Of a stretch of DNA of 64,000 nt, positions 1 through 9,857 are shown piece after piece. Made by a program: the position numbers and the translations under genes. This stretch comes from Nitrosopumilaceae archaeon (GTDB lineage Archaea; Thermoproteota; Nitrososphaeria; Nitrososphaerales; Nitrosopumilaceae). Position 1 is the stretch's first letter. Every line of letters begins with the position of its first letter. The notes beneath the pieces are model-generated. The model saw only the letters and a list, made by a program, of their open reading frames with translations. It ran no database searches and had not been told where the DNA came from. The DNA lies in the NCBI GenBank assembly GCA_965214835.1, contig CBDCCK010000002.1, positions 2,656,001 to 2,720,000 of the forward strand, read 5' to 3'.

Positions 1-175
1 GGCAGAGGCGTTTGCGGACTACAACTCCAAGAGGATCCACTCGGCACTGGGATACCTGACGCCGGACGAGTTTGTCCAAAAGACTCAAAAAATCACGGAG
101 GTACGGCAGAAATGAGCGATCAAAGTGTGCGTAAAAGATCGCCAAAAGCGTTCCTATTTTATGGGGTCCACTCCA
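1..175 (+). mobile_element. 3' end of an IS3-like element (integrase-core transposase C-terminus at 2-115 plus right end)
   Basis: Frame from 2 reads AEAFADYNSKRIHSALGYLTPDEF...QK*, the IS3/IS481 YN..R.HS.LGY.TP motif. The end ggggtccactcca finishes in CA at 175 and resembles the IS3 end at 48429. Confidence 0.8.
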
Positions 176-304
176 ATACACGTGGTCAAAAACTGCCAAT
201 TATGAATCGCATCCTCCTCTCAGGATAAGGTGGGGCTGAACCCGTCGGGACTCGAACCCGAACCGTCCGGGTCTTAGTCGGACATGCTGCCGATTAACAC
301 CACA

Positions 305-396
305 GTACGAGGTCACCTATCCCCATCAGTCAGGCACGAATTAGATGCATGATTGTGATTTTCGTGCCTAGCTAACAAGGGGACGTGACCACATAC
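305..396. mobile_element. MITE-A (92 bp, IS66-derived)
   Basis: TIR gtacgaggtcac/gtgaccacatac matches the IS66 type 1 ends. 8-bp TSD acaccaca at 297-304 and 397-404. Other copies at 3864, 4978 and 25064. Confidence 0.9.
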
Positions 397-404
397 ACAC
401 CACA

Positions 405-494
405 GTAAGAGTTTACCTCTCCCCAGAGATACGGCGTGGCAGGCGTGATCATGAAGGCTCCGACTAGCAGTGTAGCCTGGGGGTAAACTCTTAC
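405..494. mobile_element. MITE-B (90 bp, IS66-like GTAA ends)
   Basis: Perfect 13-bp TIR gtaagagtttacc/ggtaaactcttac. Flanked by cacaccaca at 396-404 and 495-503. Confidence 0.85.
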
Positions 495-544
495 CACACC
501 ACAGGCCCCAAGGTTTTTAATCTAGAGGCAGATTATAAGATTTA

Positions 545-582
545 CCGGGTCTTAGTCGGAATGCTGATGATGATTACATCAT
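545..582 (-). repeat. Degenerate second copy of the D-arm/anticodon arm of the tRNA-like gene
   Basis: ccgggtcttagtcgga (545-560) is identical to 267-282. It is followed by atgctg...gattacatca, which resembles atgctgccgattaacacca. Confidence 0.7.
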
Positions 583-840
583 TGGTATTTTTTTCTAATA
601 ATAAAAAATTCAAGTGTCCCAGCCACGCATCTTCCAGGCCACATTTCCTATCGCCCAGTGATCATTCCAGTTTTTGGAGGCAGAATCATGGGAGTCAAAA
701 TTTATCCGGTGGGATGCATGCCCTCCCAGCCTGAGCAGATTTGCCATCCGGAAAATCATGCGTGTCAAGCCACCCCGACAGTCGCGGAAACTCGTCGCCG
801 TCTGGAATCGGCGCCCTTTGCCTGAACAGGCATCTACTCG

Positions 841-1077
841 TCACTCAAAAGAATTACCGCAGTTGTTGCATTGCCAATCGTACGGGCCGACGCAGCAACC
901 GCCAAGCGTTATTTTTTTGCGTGCAATGTCCCTTTCGATCTTGTCGTTTATTTCCATATACCCGTAGACTATCCTCGCAAGATCGTCACTGCCGCAGTCC
1001 GGGCATCTTTTGATTTTTTTCCTGCCGTTTGCGTGTGGAATCAACGTCGGCGATGGCGACATGTGCTCTTCTTTCAT
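841..1077 (-). CDS. Small zinc-ribbon hypothetical protein
   Basis: CPDC...IVYG...LGGCC...WQCNNC, i.e. two CxxC pairs. Start codon uncertain. Confidence 0.7.
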   Translation of the reverse strand: MKEEHMSPSPTLIPHANGRKKIKRCPDCGSDDLARIVYGYMEINDKIERDIARKKITLGGCCVGPYDWQCNNCGNSFE

Positions 1078-1130
1078 GCCTAGGCGTCATACAAAGGACT
1101 CATAACAGTCTTTCGTCGAGTCCACAAAAC

Positions 1131-1240
1131 GTAACAGATCGGATTCTGGAAGTGATTTGCGATTTTAGGCACAAATTCTGTTTGAATGGCATTTTTTGAT
1201 GGCAGAATTCACGCCTGAGCTTCCAGAGCCCCCCCATTGC
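1131..1240. mobile_element. Degenerate MITE-C copy
   Basis: gtaacagatcggattctggaagt...ggcac...cacgcctga is shared with 7984-8091. The right TIR is decayed. Confidence 0.6.
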
Positions 1241-1282
1241 AAAGGAATATTTTTGTCCTGCTCTGACATACGGCATGCATGA

Positions 1283-1358
1283 GCAGCTGTAGTACAGCCG
1301 GTTAGTATTCTGGCTTCCCAAGCCAGTGACTCGGGTTCGAATCCCGGCAGCTGCACCA
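1283..1358 (+). tRNA. tRNA-Gly(CCC)
   Basis: Acceptor GCAGCUG/CAGCUGC, anticodon arm ctggc-ttcccaa-gccag, T-loop ttcgaat, genomically encoded CCA. Confidence 0.95.
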
Positions 1359-1429
1359 ATTAAACAGTACACGTGCCGCCGCACCCACATGCCTTCAGTT
1401 ATATTCAGCAACATTGCCCAAAACACCGT

Positions 1430-1900
1430 ATGATAAGACTCGGCATGGTTGTCGTAGTTGGCGCCGTAGTGATATCAATGGGGGTTGCCATGGCCTTTTT
1501 CGTAGAGTACCAGCCAAACATCATAGAGTCACAGCTAGGCCAGCAGATCAAGGTGGGTCCTGCAACCTACATTCTATCGTATGAGGGAATTGAAAAGGGC
1601 AGCAAGGAGATCGAGTCAGATATGACGTTTATGAAGATCGGGATTGTTGCAGAAGGCCCGGAGGGCGAGCCGGTCACCGCGGAAAAAAAACAGTTTATCC
1701 TGCTTGACAAGAACGGAGTGCAGACCCAGCCGACCCACGGGATATTCGCAAAGGACTCGCCCCAGGTTATTGCGTACTTTCCCCTGGAGGACGAGGAGAT
1801 CGACGACGAGTTCCAGTACAAGATAATGGTAAGGCCCACCAAGGATCAGGGCTCGACTGACCTGGGTTTTGTATGCGTGACGAATTGTGACGGACGGTAA
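1430..1900 (+). CDS. Membrane-anchored hypothetical protein (DUF4352-like Ig fold)
   Basis: N-terminal hydrophobic segment from ATG 1430, followed by a beta-rich soluble domain. Confidence 0.7.
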   Translation: MIRLGMVVVVGAVVISMGVAMAFFVEYQPNIIESQLGQQIKVGPATYILSYEGIEKGSKEIESDMTFMKIGIVAEGPEGEPVTAEKKQFILLDKNGVQTQPTHGIFAKDSPQVIAYFPLEDEEIDDEFQYKIMVRPTKDQGSTDLGFVCVTNCDGR

Positions 1901-1938
1901 AATATTTCCAAACTCGGGTTTTGAAACATCCCGAATCC

Positions 1939-2346
1939 CTACTCTTCGCTCATCTGCAGCTCGGGCAGGACAAAGACCCTGTCGGGCCTGATTTTAAGAA
2001 CGACTCTCTTCTCTCCGGGTCTCTTGAATGGATATACGCCACGTCCAAGATATTTTTGGGTCAGGCGGTTTGCATGCTCGTACTCATAGTCAGGAACAAG
2101 CTCGACTACGGTTCCCCTGATCGTCGTCATCTCAAGTGGGTCATCATGTGCAACGACTGATACTGCTACCCGCGGGTCGCGCAGGACGTTTTTGTGCTTT
2201 ACCCTGCCTTCTGCAGTATTCACCATGACGTGATCATCCTCAAAATCTGCCCAGACCGGCGACAGTTGGGAGGAGCCATCCTTCATCAGCGTGGCAATGT
2301 AGACTAGGTTCTTGCCCTCAAGCAATGAGACCGCCCTTTGATCCAT
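1939..2346 (-). CDS. PPOX-class F420-dependent oxidoreductase
   Basis: IATLMKDGSSQLSPVW...NTAEGRVKHKNVLRDPRVAVSV motif. Confidence 0.9.
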   Translation of the reverse strand: MDQRAVSLLEGKNLVYIATLMKDGSSQLSPVWADFEDDHVMVNTAEGRVKHKNVLRDPRVAVSVVAHDDPLEMTTIRGTVVELVPDYEYEHANRLTQKYLGRGVYPFKRPGEKRVVLKIRPDRVFVLPELQMSEE

Positions 2347-2814
2347 TATCTTTCGGATCTCCACATGGTCTTTAAATTTTCAGTTTTTGTATTCCAGCGT
2401 CCTTTGGTTGTCTTGTTCTTGCATGGCAATCAAAAGGTTGCATCCAAGTTGGATGACCTCAAGGTAGCCTTCAGATGTGCCCGACTCGTGGTGGTGCAAG
2501 CGGCAACATGCGGATCTACAGGCAGCATGGTTTGGATTGCTTCGGAATTTGGAGCCGTCTTACGGGGCACTTTTGGGAAGGTCGCAAGACGACGAATCCC
2601 CAAGAGCCGAGTCCTGCCTTTGGGTTTTGTTGGCCACCCCCGGTAGCGCGCATTCTCCGGCGATCGGCAGATACTGATCTAGGCCTTCTTGAACCGGCAG
2701 TATCCGGCAGGACAGGACTCATCCTCTTGGCCAGGCGCCCGGGTTTTGGCCCAAAGATGCCTCCCCCGCGTCGGGGATGAGTTGCAGGCGCGCGATGTTT
2801 TGGATCTTCAGATG

Positions 2815-3318
2815 TTATTTGGGCTTTGAGCCCTCCAAAACATTGGTGACGGCCCGATTCATGATTTCCATCATAACATACTGCGAATATGCATCGCCGG
2901 ATTTTTTGGCCTTTGGCTTTGTTTTGGGTGCTATTGACTTGAGGATCTTTTCCATCTTGGCTGCAGTGTTTTCGATCTGCTTCGAGTACTTTGAGTCAAA
3001 GTCTTCGGGAATGCTATAGTCCAGCAGCCTTGTGGACGTGCCGTAAAACTTTGTAACGGCTCCCCGGGCTTCCTCGATTTTGACGACCTCGATCAGTCCG
3101 GAGACCTTGAGGATGTCCAGATGATGCCGGATCGTCGTCAAGGCCTTTTTGTATCCAGCCTTTTTGAGTTCCTTGGAAATCTGTTCTGCGCTCAGCGCAT
3201 TATGGTACAGAATCTCCAAAACTTTGGCACGGGCCGGGTCTTCAATGGCACGTGCATGGTTCACGCTAGTCGTGATTATTCGGTTTACCCTGATTGGCTT
3301 TTCCAGTAGTGTTGACAT
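2815..3318 (-). CDS. ArsR-type winged-helix transcriptional regulator
   Basis: DPARAKVLEIL...TTIRHHLDILKVSGLIEV winged-HTH pattern. Confidence 0.85.
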   Translation of the reverse strand: MSTLLEKPIRVNRIITTSVNHARAIEDPARAKVLEILYHNALSAEQISKELKKAGYKKALTTIRHHLDILKVSGLIEVVKIEEARGAVTKFYGTSTRLLDYSIPEDFDSKYSKQIENTAAKMEKILKSIAPKTKPKAKKSGDAYSQYVMMEIMNRAVTNVLEGSKPK

Positions 3319-3849
3319 GTAAGTGACTCTTCTCATGCAAGCTAAAAGATCATAGTATCATATTTTTTTGTCTAATCGCATCAATTTTTTTCCGCTACTA
3401 TTTTTGTGCCTAGCACCCACATGTTTTAAGACTGCCGCCACTTGGTTCACATTGCTACGATAATTATGATAATGCTATCAATATTATTGATATTAATATA
3501 ATAAAAATGATTTTAGTATTATAAAAGCTATAGCAAAACTAAAAAAATAAAAGGCCACAAAAAAAAACGCCGGCTCTGGGATCCCGCGGCCCCAAACGTC
3601 CAAGGTCAGGCCCCAGCAGGGCAGGTGATGGGTCTGGTAGAATCAATAATTCGAGTTATGGCGGTGTCAGAGGCAAGAGGAATGCACCATGAGCCGGGTC
3701 GCCTTCTCCCGTCTCCCGATCTTACGATCATCGAGATGTTCGTCAGGGCAGGCGATAGGTACAGTGACGACTAAAGGTTCCCGAACACATATGCGTATAG
3801 ACTACAGGAAGGCGCTTTTTGATGATCAAGACTTTCAATCGCCGCCATA

Positions 3850-4028
3850 CGTATGGCCCTGCCGTATGTGGTCACGTCCCCCTGCTGTCTAGGCGTGAAA
3901 ATCACAGTCATAGATGTCAATTCGTGCCTGATTGACAGGGGTAGGTGACCTCATACGCCCTGCCTGATCTTGGATCTTTGGGCCAAAAACAGCTGTTCAT
4001 GACCGTCTGTTTTTTTATGATTTGACTG
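3850..4028 (+). mobile_element. Isolated terminal fragment of the long-TIR IS630, hit by MITE-A
   Basis: cgtatgg..ctgcctgatcttggatctttgggccaaaa...ttttttatgatttgact matches the IS630 right end at ~51433-51508. Confidence 0.7.
3864..3956. mobile_element. MITE-A copy
   Basis: TIRs gtatgtggtcac/gtgacctcatac. 8-bp TSD gccctgcc at 3856-3863 and 3957-3964. Confidence 0.9.
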
Positions 4029-4030
4029 CA

Positions 4031-4855
4031 TCACAATGCCTTACCTGTGATCCTTTGGTATGCAGCAACATATCGCCGGGTCATCTTTTCTATAATTTTA
4101 TCAGGGATTGCGGGAGGAACCGGCTCTTGCCCTGCATTCCTTGCGCCATCAAACTGCCTCGCATAGCCATGCTCAGTCAGCCAGTCGCGAAGAATCTGCT
4201 TGTCATAGGCCTCCTGGGTTTCTCCGACCCGGTACAGTTCCTTTGGCCACAGCCTATACTCATCGGGTCCTATGGAATCGCCCAAGACAATCTCGTCCCC
4301 GTCGAGGCCGAACTCCAGTTTTAGGTCGGCAAGAATGAATCCGGCAGAGTCGGCAACAGATGACATCCTTTTGTAAATATCAATTGATTTCTCAGAAAGC
4401 CAGTCAAATTGATCCTCGGTAACCAGATCCATCCCAAGCGCGGTGCCTTTGGTTACAGGAATGTCATGCTCGGATTTTGTCGTTGGATCAAAAACCGGCT
4501 CTGAAAGCCTTGCGGCAACCTCGGTCTGCGTGCCGGCTGGAACCTGCACCTCCCCCCTTTTCCACCTACCCACTAGGCTTCCGTAAAAATAGCCCCGGAC
4601 GACACACTCCATGGGAATCATCTTCATTTTCTTGACTATGATTTCGGTATCAGACTCCCGCCTTACAAAATGATTCCTTGCAGGCAGCTTGCCAAACCAG
4701 TATTCGGCAAACTTGCAGAGGATCTCGCCCTTTTTTGGGATGTCTTCCCTGAACTTTACATCGTATGCAGATACGCGATCACTGAACCTGAAGAGCAGGT
4801 GGTCGTCATCGTACTCGTATATGTCCTTTACCTTGCCAGACGTGAGAAACCTCAA
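4031..4855 (-). CDS. purC: Phosphoribosylaminoimidazole-succinocarboxamide synthase
   Basis: [25 protein letters not shown] and DLKLEFG motifs. Confidence 0.97.
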   Translation of the reverse strand: MRFLTSGKVKDIYEYDDDHLLFRFSDRVSAYDVKFREDIPKKGEILCKFAEYWFGKLPARNHFVRRESDTEIIVKKMKMIPMECVVRGYFYGSLVGRWKRGEVQVPAGTQTEVAARLSEPVFDPTTKSEHDIPVTKGTALGMDLVTEDQFDWLSEKSIDIYKRMSSVADSAGFILADLKLEFGLDGDEIVLGDSIGPDEYRLWPKELYRVGETQEAYDKQILRDWLTEHGYARQFDGARNAGQEPVPPAIPDKIIEKMTRRYVAAYQRITGKAL

Positions 4856-4977
4856 TCATGGATTATCGGATTTGCACGGAAATTAACCTTGTCATGAACG
4901 GCTCTGCCTTGTAACATATGAAAAGTCGGTCCGCTAGTCATCTGTGTCCCTCTCCATCCATTTTGGGTCTTTTTTTC

Positions 4978-5069
4978 GTATGTGGTCACGTCCCCTTGTT
5001 AGCTAGGCACGAAAATCACAATCATGCATCTAATTCGTGCCTGACTGATGGGGGTAGGTGACCTCGTAC
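4978..5069. mobile_element. MITE-A copy (no TSD)
   Basis: Near-identical reverse complement of 305-396. The two flanks do not match each other. Confidence 0.9.
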
Positions 5070-5092
5070 AATAAATCTATAAACTGCCGGTT

Positions 5093-5272
5093 TTAGTAAA
5101 GACCATAAGAGATACCATAGGTGGCCGCCCCTACGAGGTAAGAAAGGACGGCTCAAAGTATGTCATCAGCTTTTATCCGCAGGCAAAGAACGCCAAGAAC
5201 CCGGACGCCGCGCTGTTTCGGCTGACCCTCACAAAGGACGAGCTCAAAAAGCTGGAAAAGATTTCGAGATAG
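5093..5272 (+). CDS. Small basic hypothetical protein, no canonical start visible
   Basis: Open frame LVKTIRDTIGGRPYEVRKDGSKYVISFYPQAKNAKNPDAALFRLTLTKDELKKLEKISR*, preceded by a TATA-like ctataaa. Confidence 0.5.
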   Translation, partial: LVKTIRDTIGGRPYEVRKDGSKYVISFYPQAKNAKNPDAALFRLTLTKDELKKLEKISR

Positions 5273-5277
5273 GCATA

Positions 5278-5571
5278 ATGGCAGGCAGTCCAAACGACAT
5301 GCTGGAGGCGTGGATTGCCGACTATGACCGCGGCGTAGAGGCGATCAAAAGGTACGGCAAGGGAAACGTCACGTACAGCCCTCGGATAGGACGCTGTATC
5401 TGTCTGAACATTCCCCGGGACAGAGACGTGTTCTTTGACGAATTTAGCGATGGCGGCAGTCCTGTATACATCATAGGCGTCACCGACAACGACGGGGATT
5501 TTGACGAGGCGCGCCGGGATGCCTACGTGAGTATGCGCAGCAGGGGCGTTGAAGCAATGCTTGGCCAGTGA
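5278..5571 (+). CDS. Hypothetical protein
   Basis: 97-aa ORF with protein-like composition, 5 bp after the previous stop. Confidence 0.6.
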   Translation: MAGSPNDMLEAWIADYDRGVEAIKRYGKGNVTYSPRIGRCICLNIPRDRDVFFDEFSDGGSPVYIIGVTDNDGDFDEARRDAYVSMRSRGVEAMLGQ

Positions 5572-5633
5572 ACCAAAAGGGAAAGGACGTTCCAGGACAT
5601 CGTCATGGTGATGTCCGGAATAGACCGCAACCA

Positions 5634-7152
5634 GTACGAGGTCGCGTTCCTAAACCAGTTTCATGACCTCGTCTGCTACGGATCTGCCCCTTACCCTCCA
5701 TGTCAGTATGCACGTCATAAACTGCGACCACCTCCTCATCCGGAGCTCCCCCCCTTGATCTGCCCGCTTATCTTGCGGAAGACGACGGCGTAACGGAGGG
5801 CACGCTCTGCGGCGTTGTTTGTGGGATGCACGTTGTCATGCTCCAGGAACGTAAACAGGTGCGGTAGCGAGCTTGTCAGTCTGCGCAGTACCGGGCCCAG
5901 GACGGGGTCGTCCGTGCTTTCCCGGTACCCGAACAGTATGTTGCGCAGCCAGGACTCGAACCTTCTGCGCAGATCCTTGCCCCTGTCCTTCCTCCTCGCT
6001 GCCCTGACGGCGCTGCGGTACAGCTGCCGAAGCTGCTCGTACAGTATTCCCGCAAACAGCGGGGCGCCCTGCTTTTGCGCCGCGTATTTTGATACGCGCA
6101 GCTCGTGCGACCAGCACAGCTGGTGCCTGTCCTCCCCGTTGAACCTGTCATACACCGAATACTTGTCAGATGTCACTACTCCGCCATACCCCTCCATGTG
6201 CCTGTCCAGGAACAGTGCGCCCCTGCTCGTATTGTACTCGACAAACACGCCGTTGTCCGTCTCGGCAGTCCATGTCCATATGCGGCTGCCGTTCATGTTG
6301 GCCGCAGTCTCGTCTATTCTGACGTTGGATGATCTCTTGATGCCGCCCAGGATCGCGCCTGACGGCTTTTGCAGAGTCGCATACCCCTCCGATCATGTTG
6401 ATTACGGTCGATTTGGCGATGCTCCTGCCGGTAAAATCCTTGAGCGTGTCTGCCACGGACTGCAGCGGCATGTGCCTTGCGCGCAAGGCAGACACAAGGG
6501 AGATCATGTGCTTGCCGTACCTGCCCCTCCTTGGGAGTCCGTCGTCTGCTGATATCGTAATGCCGCACAGTCTGCATGTGGCACGCTCGGTTATGTGCCT
6601 CGTCTCTGTCATCCGGACCGGTTCAAAGTCGATGATGTCCCGTATCAGGGCAGTTATGTCCATGGCCCTCCCGCACATGCACACCGGCGAGCACGTCCCG
6701 TCGTTGTCCTGGAACGTGTGAAGCACCGTCTTCTGGGGGTCGTGTCTTCTGGATGTCCCCTGTGGCCCCTCTGGCCTCCCGGCTTTTTGCCGGTGCCACT
6801 ATTGCTGCCGTTGCCACGGTTACTGGCCCTCTCCCTTTTCCGCTGCGCCTTTTGCCTCTTGTACTCTAGTGATTCTGCAGACGGTGGCGAGTTCTCGTTC
6901 TCGTAGTACCGGAGCCGCCTGCTCTGCTCCTCGATTGTCCTGTCCTTCTCCTTTATCATCCTGCACATTGCCTTTTGGTTATTTTCTAGCGTGCTTATTC
7001 TGTCTGTGAATGATACGATTGTGGCCTCTAGTTCGCGGTATGTGGGTCGACAGCCTTTCATGTTGATGCTATGCAGGCATCGTATTTGATCAGCATGATC
7101 GCAATATGTTAAACAGGTTGTCAAAACACGTTAAAACTAGGTGACCTCGTAC
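5634..7152 (-). mobile_element. IS66 type 1, copy 1 (frameshifted transposase, no TSD)
   Basis: TIRs gtacgaggtcgc/gtgacctcgtac. Transposase split over ORFs 6654-7124, 6166-6726 and 5736-6296 (DET, QLCWSH, PTNNAAER motifs). Confidence 0.93.
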
Positions 7153-7464
7153 GTTACAATTTTTATCCCACATATTTGCTCAGATGTTCTCATCAAGGCT
7201 GCCATTGTCAAGGCGGTTCCGGAGATTGTCAGAAAGGACATATCCTGCCACGGGGAATCTTGGAATCATTGTGGGCATGAGGGCGTGTCAAAAGATAGTA
7301 CATCAGATAACGTGACAGTGGGGCATCTCCGACTACCACCGACGGAAATGAAAGACCATCATGCAAAGCGCCTCATTGTGCAGGGATTCTATTCATGCAT
7401 GAAAGCCAGTTATGGGAAAAGATCCCTGTTTCGTATTACCACCGTCAGGCGTGGTCTCACAGAC

Positions 7465-7851
7465 TTAGGAACCCATCATTCCGACCATCTTCGGAGGAGT
7501 CCGGTACACCTTGCTGACTAGGATGTCATTGTCTGCAGTGACGGTGACATACTGCATGGCGTTGCCGTCAGGCGGAGAGACCATGATCTTCTTGCCTGGC
7601 TCCAGCGTGCCCAAATCCAGTGTATCACCCTCGCCAAAGTTGACGCGCAGATTGGTCAGCGGTTCCAGGCCGGTATTTTGTATCGTAACGCGGGCCATGA
7701 CAAAGAGGTTTTGCTTGTCCAGCAGCGGATCCACATAGATGTCGTAGTCCTGCGTTGCAATCATCATGTTAGACAGGTTCATTGCAGTGACTGCACCAAC
7801 TCCAGCAATTGCGGCAATGCCAATGAAGAGTACATATCGGTACGAACCCAA
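7465..7851 (-). CDS. Membrane-anchored hypothetical protein
   Basis: N-terminal TM segment and Ig-like VTIQNTG...L.PG pattern. Confidence 0.75.
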   Translation of the reverse strand: MGSYRYVLFIGIAAIAGVGAVTAMNLSNMMIATQDYDIYVDPLLDKQNLFVMARVTIQNTGLEPLTNLRVNFGEGDTLDLGTLEPGKKIMVSPPDGNAMQYVTVTADNDILVSKVYRTPPKMVGMMGS

Positions 7852-7983
7852 ACTAGGATTAATTTGGAGGGCCTAATATTAAAATCTGCAAGCTATCTTC
7901 CCATAGGTTCCCCACAAAATGGCTTCAGACGCCAAACAATTCAAGTAAAGCTGTCGAGTCGCACATGACCAAGCTGCAAAAAG

Positions 7984-8091
7984 GTAACAGCTCGGATTCT
8001 GGAAGTTGCTCCTGATTTCAGGCACGAATATACTCGGGAGGCTCCCCGAGGTGGTAAAATCCACGCCTGAACTACGAGCCCGACCTGTTAC
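7984..8091. mobile_element. MITE-C (108 bp, IS66-like GTAA ends)
   Basis: TIR gtaacagctcgg/ccgacctgttac. Flanks gcaaaaag and acaaaaag match at 7 of 8 positions. Confidence 0.8.
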
Positions 8092-8243
8092 ACAAAAAGG
8101 CGCTTTTTTCAAAGTGGTCACGGCATCGGTTAGAGGCTCGTCAAATTCCGCGGAGCCCTTAGACCTTGTGCGTATTTGCCAAAAATGATGTAAAAGCTGC
8201 CTGATTTTTTTGGTTTGCACCGATTACGCATAAGACTTGTTAC

Positions 8244-9837
8244 GTATGAGGTCACGTTCCTAAACCAGTTTCATGACCTCGTCTGCTACGGATCTGCCCC
8301 TTGCCCTCCATGTCAGTATGCACGTCATAAACCACGACCACCTCCTCATCCGGAGCTCCCTCCCTTGATCTGCCCGCTTATCTTGCGGAAGACGACGGCG
8401 TAACGGAGGGCACGCTCTGCGGCGTTGTTTGTGGGATGCACGTTGTCATGCTCCAGGAACGTAAACAGGTGCGGCAGCGAGCTTGTCAGTCTGCGCAGTA
8501 CCAGGCCCAGGACGAAGTCGTCCGTGCTTTCCCGGTACCCGAACAGTATGTTGCGCAGCCAGGACTCGAACCTTCTGCGCAGATCCTTGCCCCTGTCCTT
8601 CCTCCTTGCCCTGACGGCGCTGCGGTACAGCTGCCGAAGCTGCTCGTACAGTATTCCCGCAAACATCGGGGCACCCTGCTTTTGCGCCGCGTATTTTGAT
8701 ACGCGCAGCTCGTGCGACCAGCACAGCTGGTGCCTGTCCTCCCCGTTGAACCTGTCATACACCGAATATTTGTCAGATGTCACTACTCCGCCATACTCCT
8801 CCATGTGCCTGTCCAGGAACAGTGCGCCCCTGCTCGTATTGTACTCGACAAACACGCCATTGTCCGTCTCGGCAGTCCATGTCCATATGCGGCTGCCGTT
8901 CATGTTGGCCGCAGTCTCGTCTATTCTGACGTTGGATGATCTCTTGATGCCGCCCAGGATCACGCCTGACGGCTTTTGCATAGAGTCGCATACCCCTCCG
9001 ATCATGTTGATTACGGTAGATTTGGCGATGCTCCTGCCGGTAAAATCCTTGAGTGTGTCTGCCACGGACTGCAGCGGCATGTGCCTTGCGCGCAAGGCAG
9101 ACACAAGGGAGATCATGTGCTTGCCGTACCTGCCCCTCCTTGGGAGTCCGTCGTCTGCTGATATCGTAATGCCGCACAGTCTGCATGTGGCACGCTCGGT
9201 TATGTGCCTCGTCTCTGTCATCCGGACCGGTTCAAAGTCGATGATGTCCCGTATCAGGGCAGTTATGTCCATGGCCCTCCCGCACATGCACACCGGCGAG
9301 CACGTCCCGTCGTTGTCCTGGAACGTGTGAAGCACCGTCTTCTGGGGGTCGTGTCTTCTGGATGTCCCCTTGTGGCCCCTCTGGCCTCCCGGCTTTTTGC
9401 CGGTGCCATTATTGTTGCCATTATTGTTGCCACTACTGCTGCCGTTGCTGCCGTTGCCACGGTTACTGGCCCTCTCCCTTTTCCGCTGCGCCTTTTGCCT
9501 CTTGTACTCTAATGATTCTGCAGACGGTGGCGAGTTCTCGTTCTCGTAGTACCGGAGCCGCCTGTTCTGCTCCTCGATTGTCCTGTCCTTCTCCTTCATC
9601 ATCCTGTTCTGCTCCTCGATTGTCCTGTCCTTCTCCTTCATCATCCTGCACATTGCCTTTTGGCTATTTTCTAGCGTGCTTATTCTGTCTGTGAATGATA
9701 CGATTGTGGCCTCTAGTTCGCGGTATGTGGGTCGACGGCCTTTCATGTTGATGCTATACAGGCATCGTATTTGATCAGCATGATCGCAATATGTTAAGCA
9801 GGTTGTCAAAACACGTCAAAACTAGGTGACCTCGTAC
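8244..9837 (-). mobile_element. IS66 type 1, copy 2
   Basis: TIRs present. Perfect 8-bp TSD cttgttac at 8236-8243 and 9838-9845. Confidence 0.95.
8346..9809 (-). CDS. IS66 transposase (C-terminus frameshifted relative to copy 3)
   Basis: Coiled coil, NSPPS, KPGGQRGHKG, Zn finger, DET, QLCWSH and PTNNAAER motifs. Lacks the FMTCILTWR tail in frame. Confidence 0.9.
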   Translation of the reverse strand: MTTCLTYCDHADQIRCLYSINMKGRRPTYRELEATIVSFTDRISTLENSQKAMCRMMKEKDRTIEEQNRMMKEKDRTIEEQNRRLRYYENENSPPSAESLEYKRQKAQRKRERASNRGNGSNGSSSGNNNGNNNGTGKKPGGQRGHKGTSRRHDPQKTVLHTFQDNDGTCSPVCMCGRAMDITALIRDIIDFEPVRMTETRHITERATCRLCGITISADDGLPRRGRYGKHMISLVSALRARHMPLQSVADTLKDFTGRSIAKSTVINMIGGVCDSMQKPSGVILGGIKRSSNVRIDETAANMNGSRIWTWTAETDNGVFVEYNTSRGALFLDRHMEEYGGVVTSDKYSVYDRFNGEDRHQLCWSHELRVSKYAAQKQGAPMFAGILYEQLRQLYRSAVRARRKDRGKDLRRRFESWLRNILFGYRESTDDFVLGLVLRRLTSSLPHLFTFLEHDNVHPTNNAAERALRYAVVFRKISGQIKGGSSG

Positions 9838-9857
9838 CTTGTTACTTCTGAACACGG

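Larger units (their letters stand above)
237..508 (-). pseudogene. tRNA-like gene (anticodon AAG, short variable loop) interrupted by two MITEs
   Basis: Removing the inserts gives GGGCCUG UG GUGU UAAUCGGCA GCAU G UCCGA CUAAGAC CCGGA CGGU UCGGG UUCGAGU CCCGA CGGGUUC A, a cloverleaf with a canonical T-loop. Confidence 0.7.

Noticed and set aside
271-277. Amber-suppressor or pyrrolysine tRNA (CUA in the loop)
   Set aside because: CUA occupies positions 32-34 rather than 34-36, and the body lacks tRNA-Pyl features.
297-503. Canonical archaeal tRNA introns
   Set aside because: The inserts have TIRs and TSDs, MITE-A has dispersed copies, and no bulge-helix-bulge motif is evident.
2400-2790. SRP RNA or RNase P RNA in a GC-rich intergenic stretch
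   Set aside because: I could not find the SRP helix-8 or RNase P P4 signature on either strand, and the ORFs there look spurious.
4978-7152. Hybrid transposon using the MITE-A left end and the IS66 copy 1 right end
   Set aside because: The outer 8-bp flanks (tttttttc and gttacaat) do not match.
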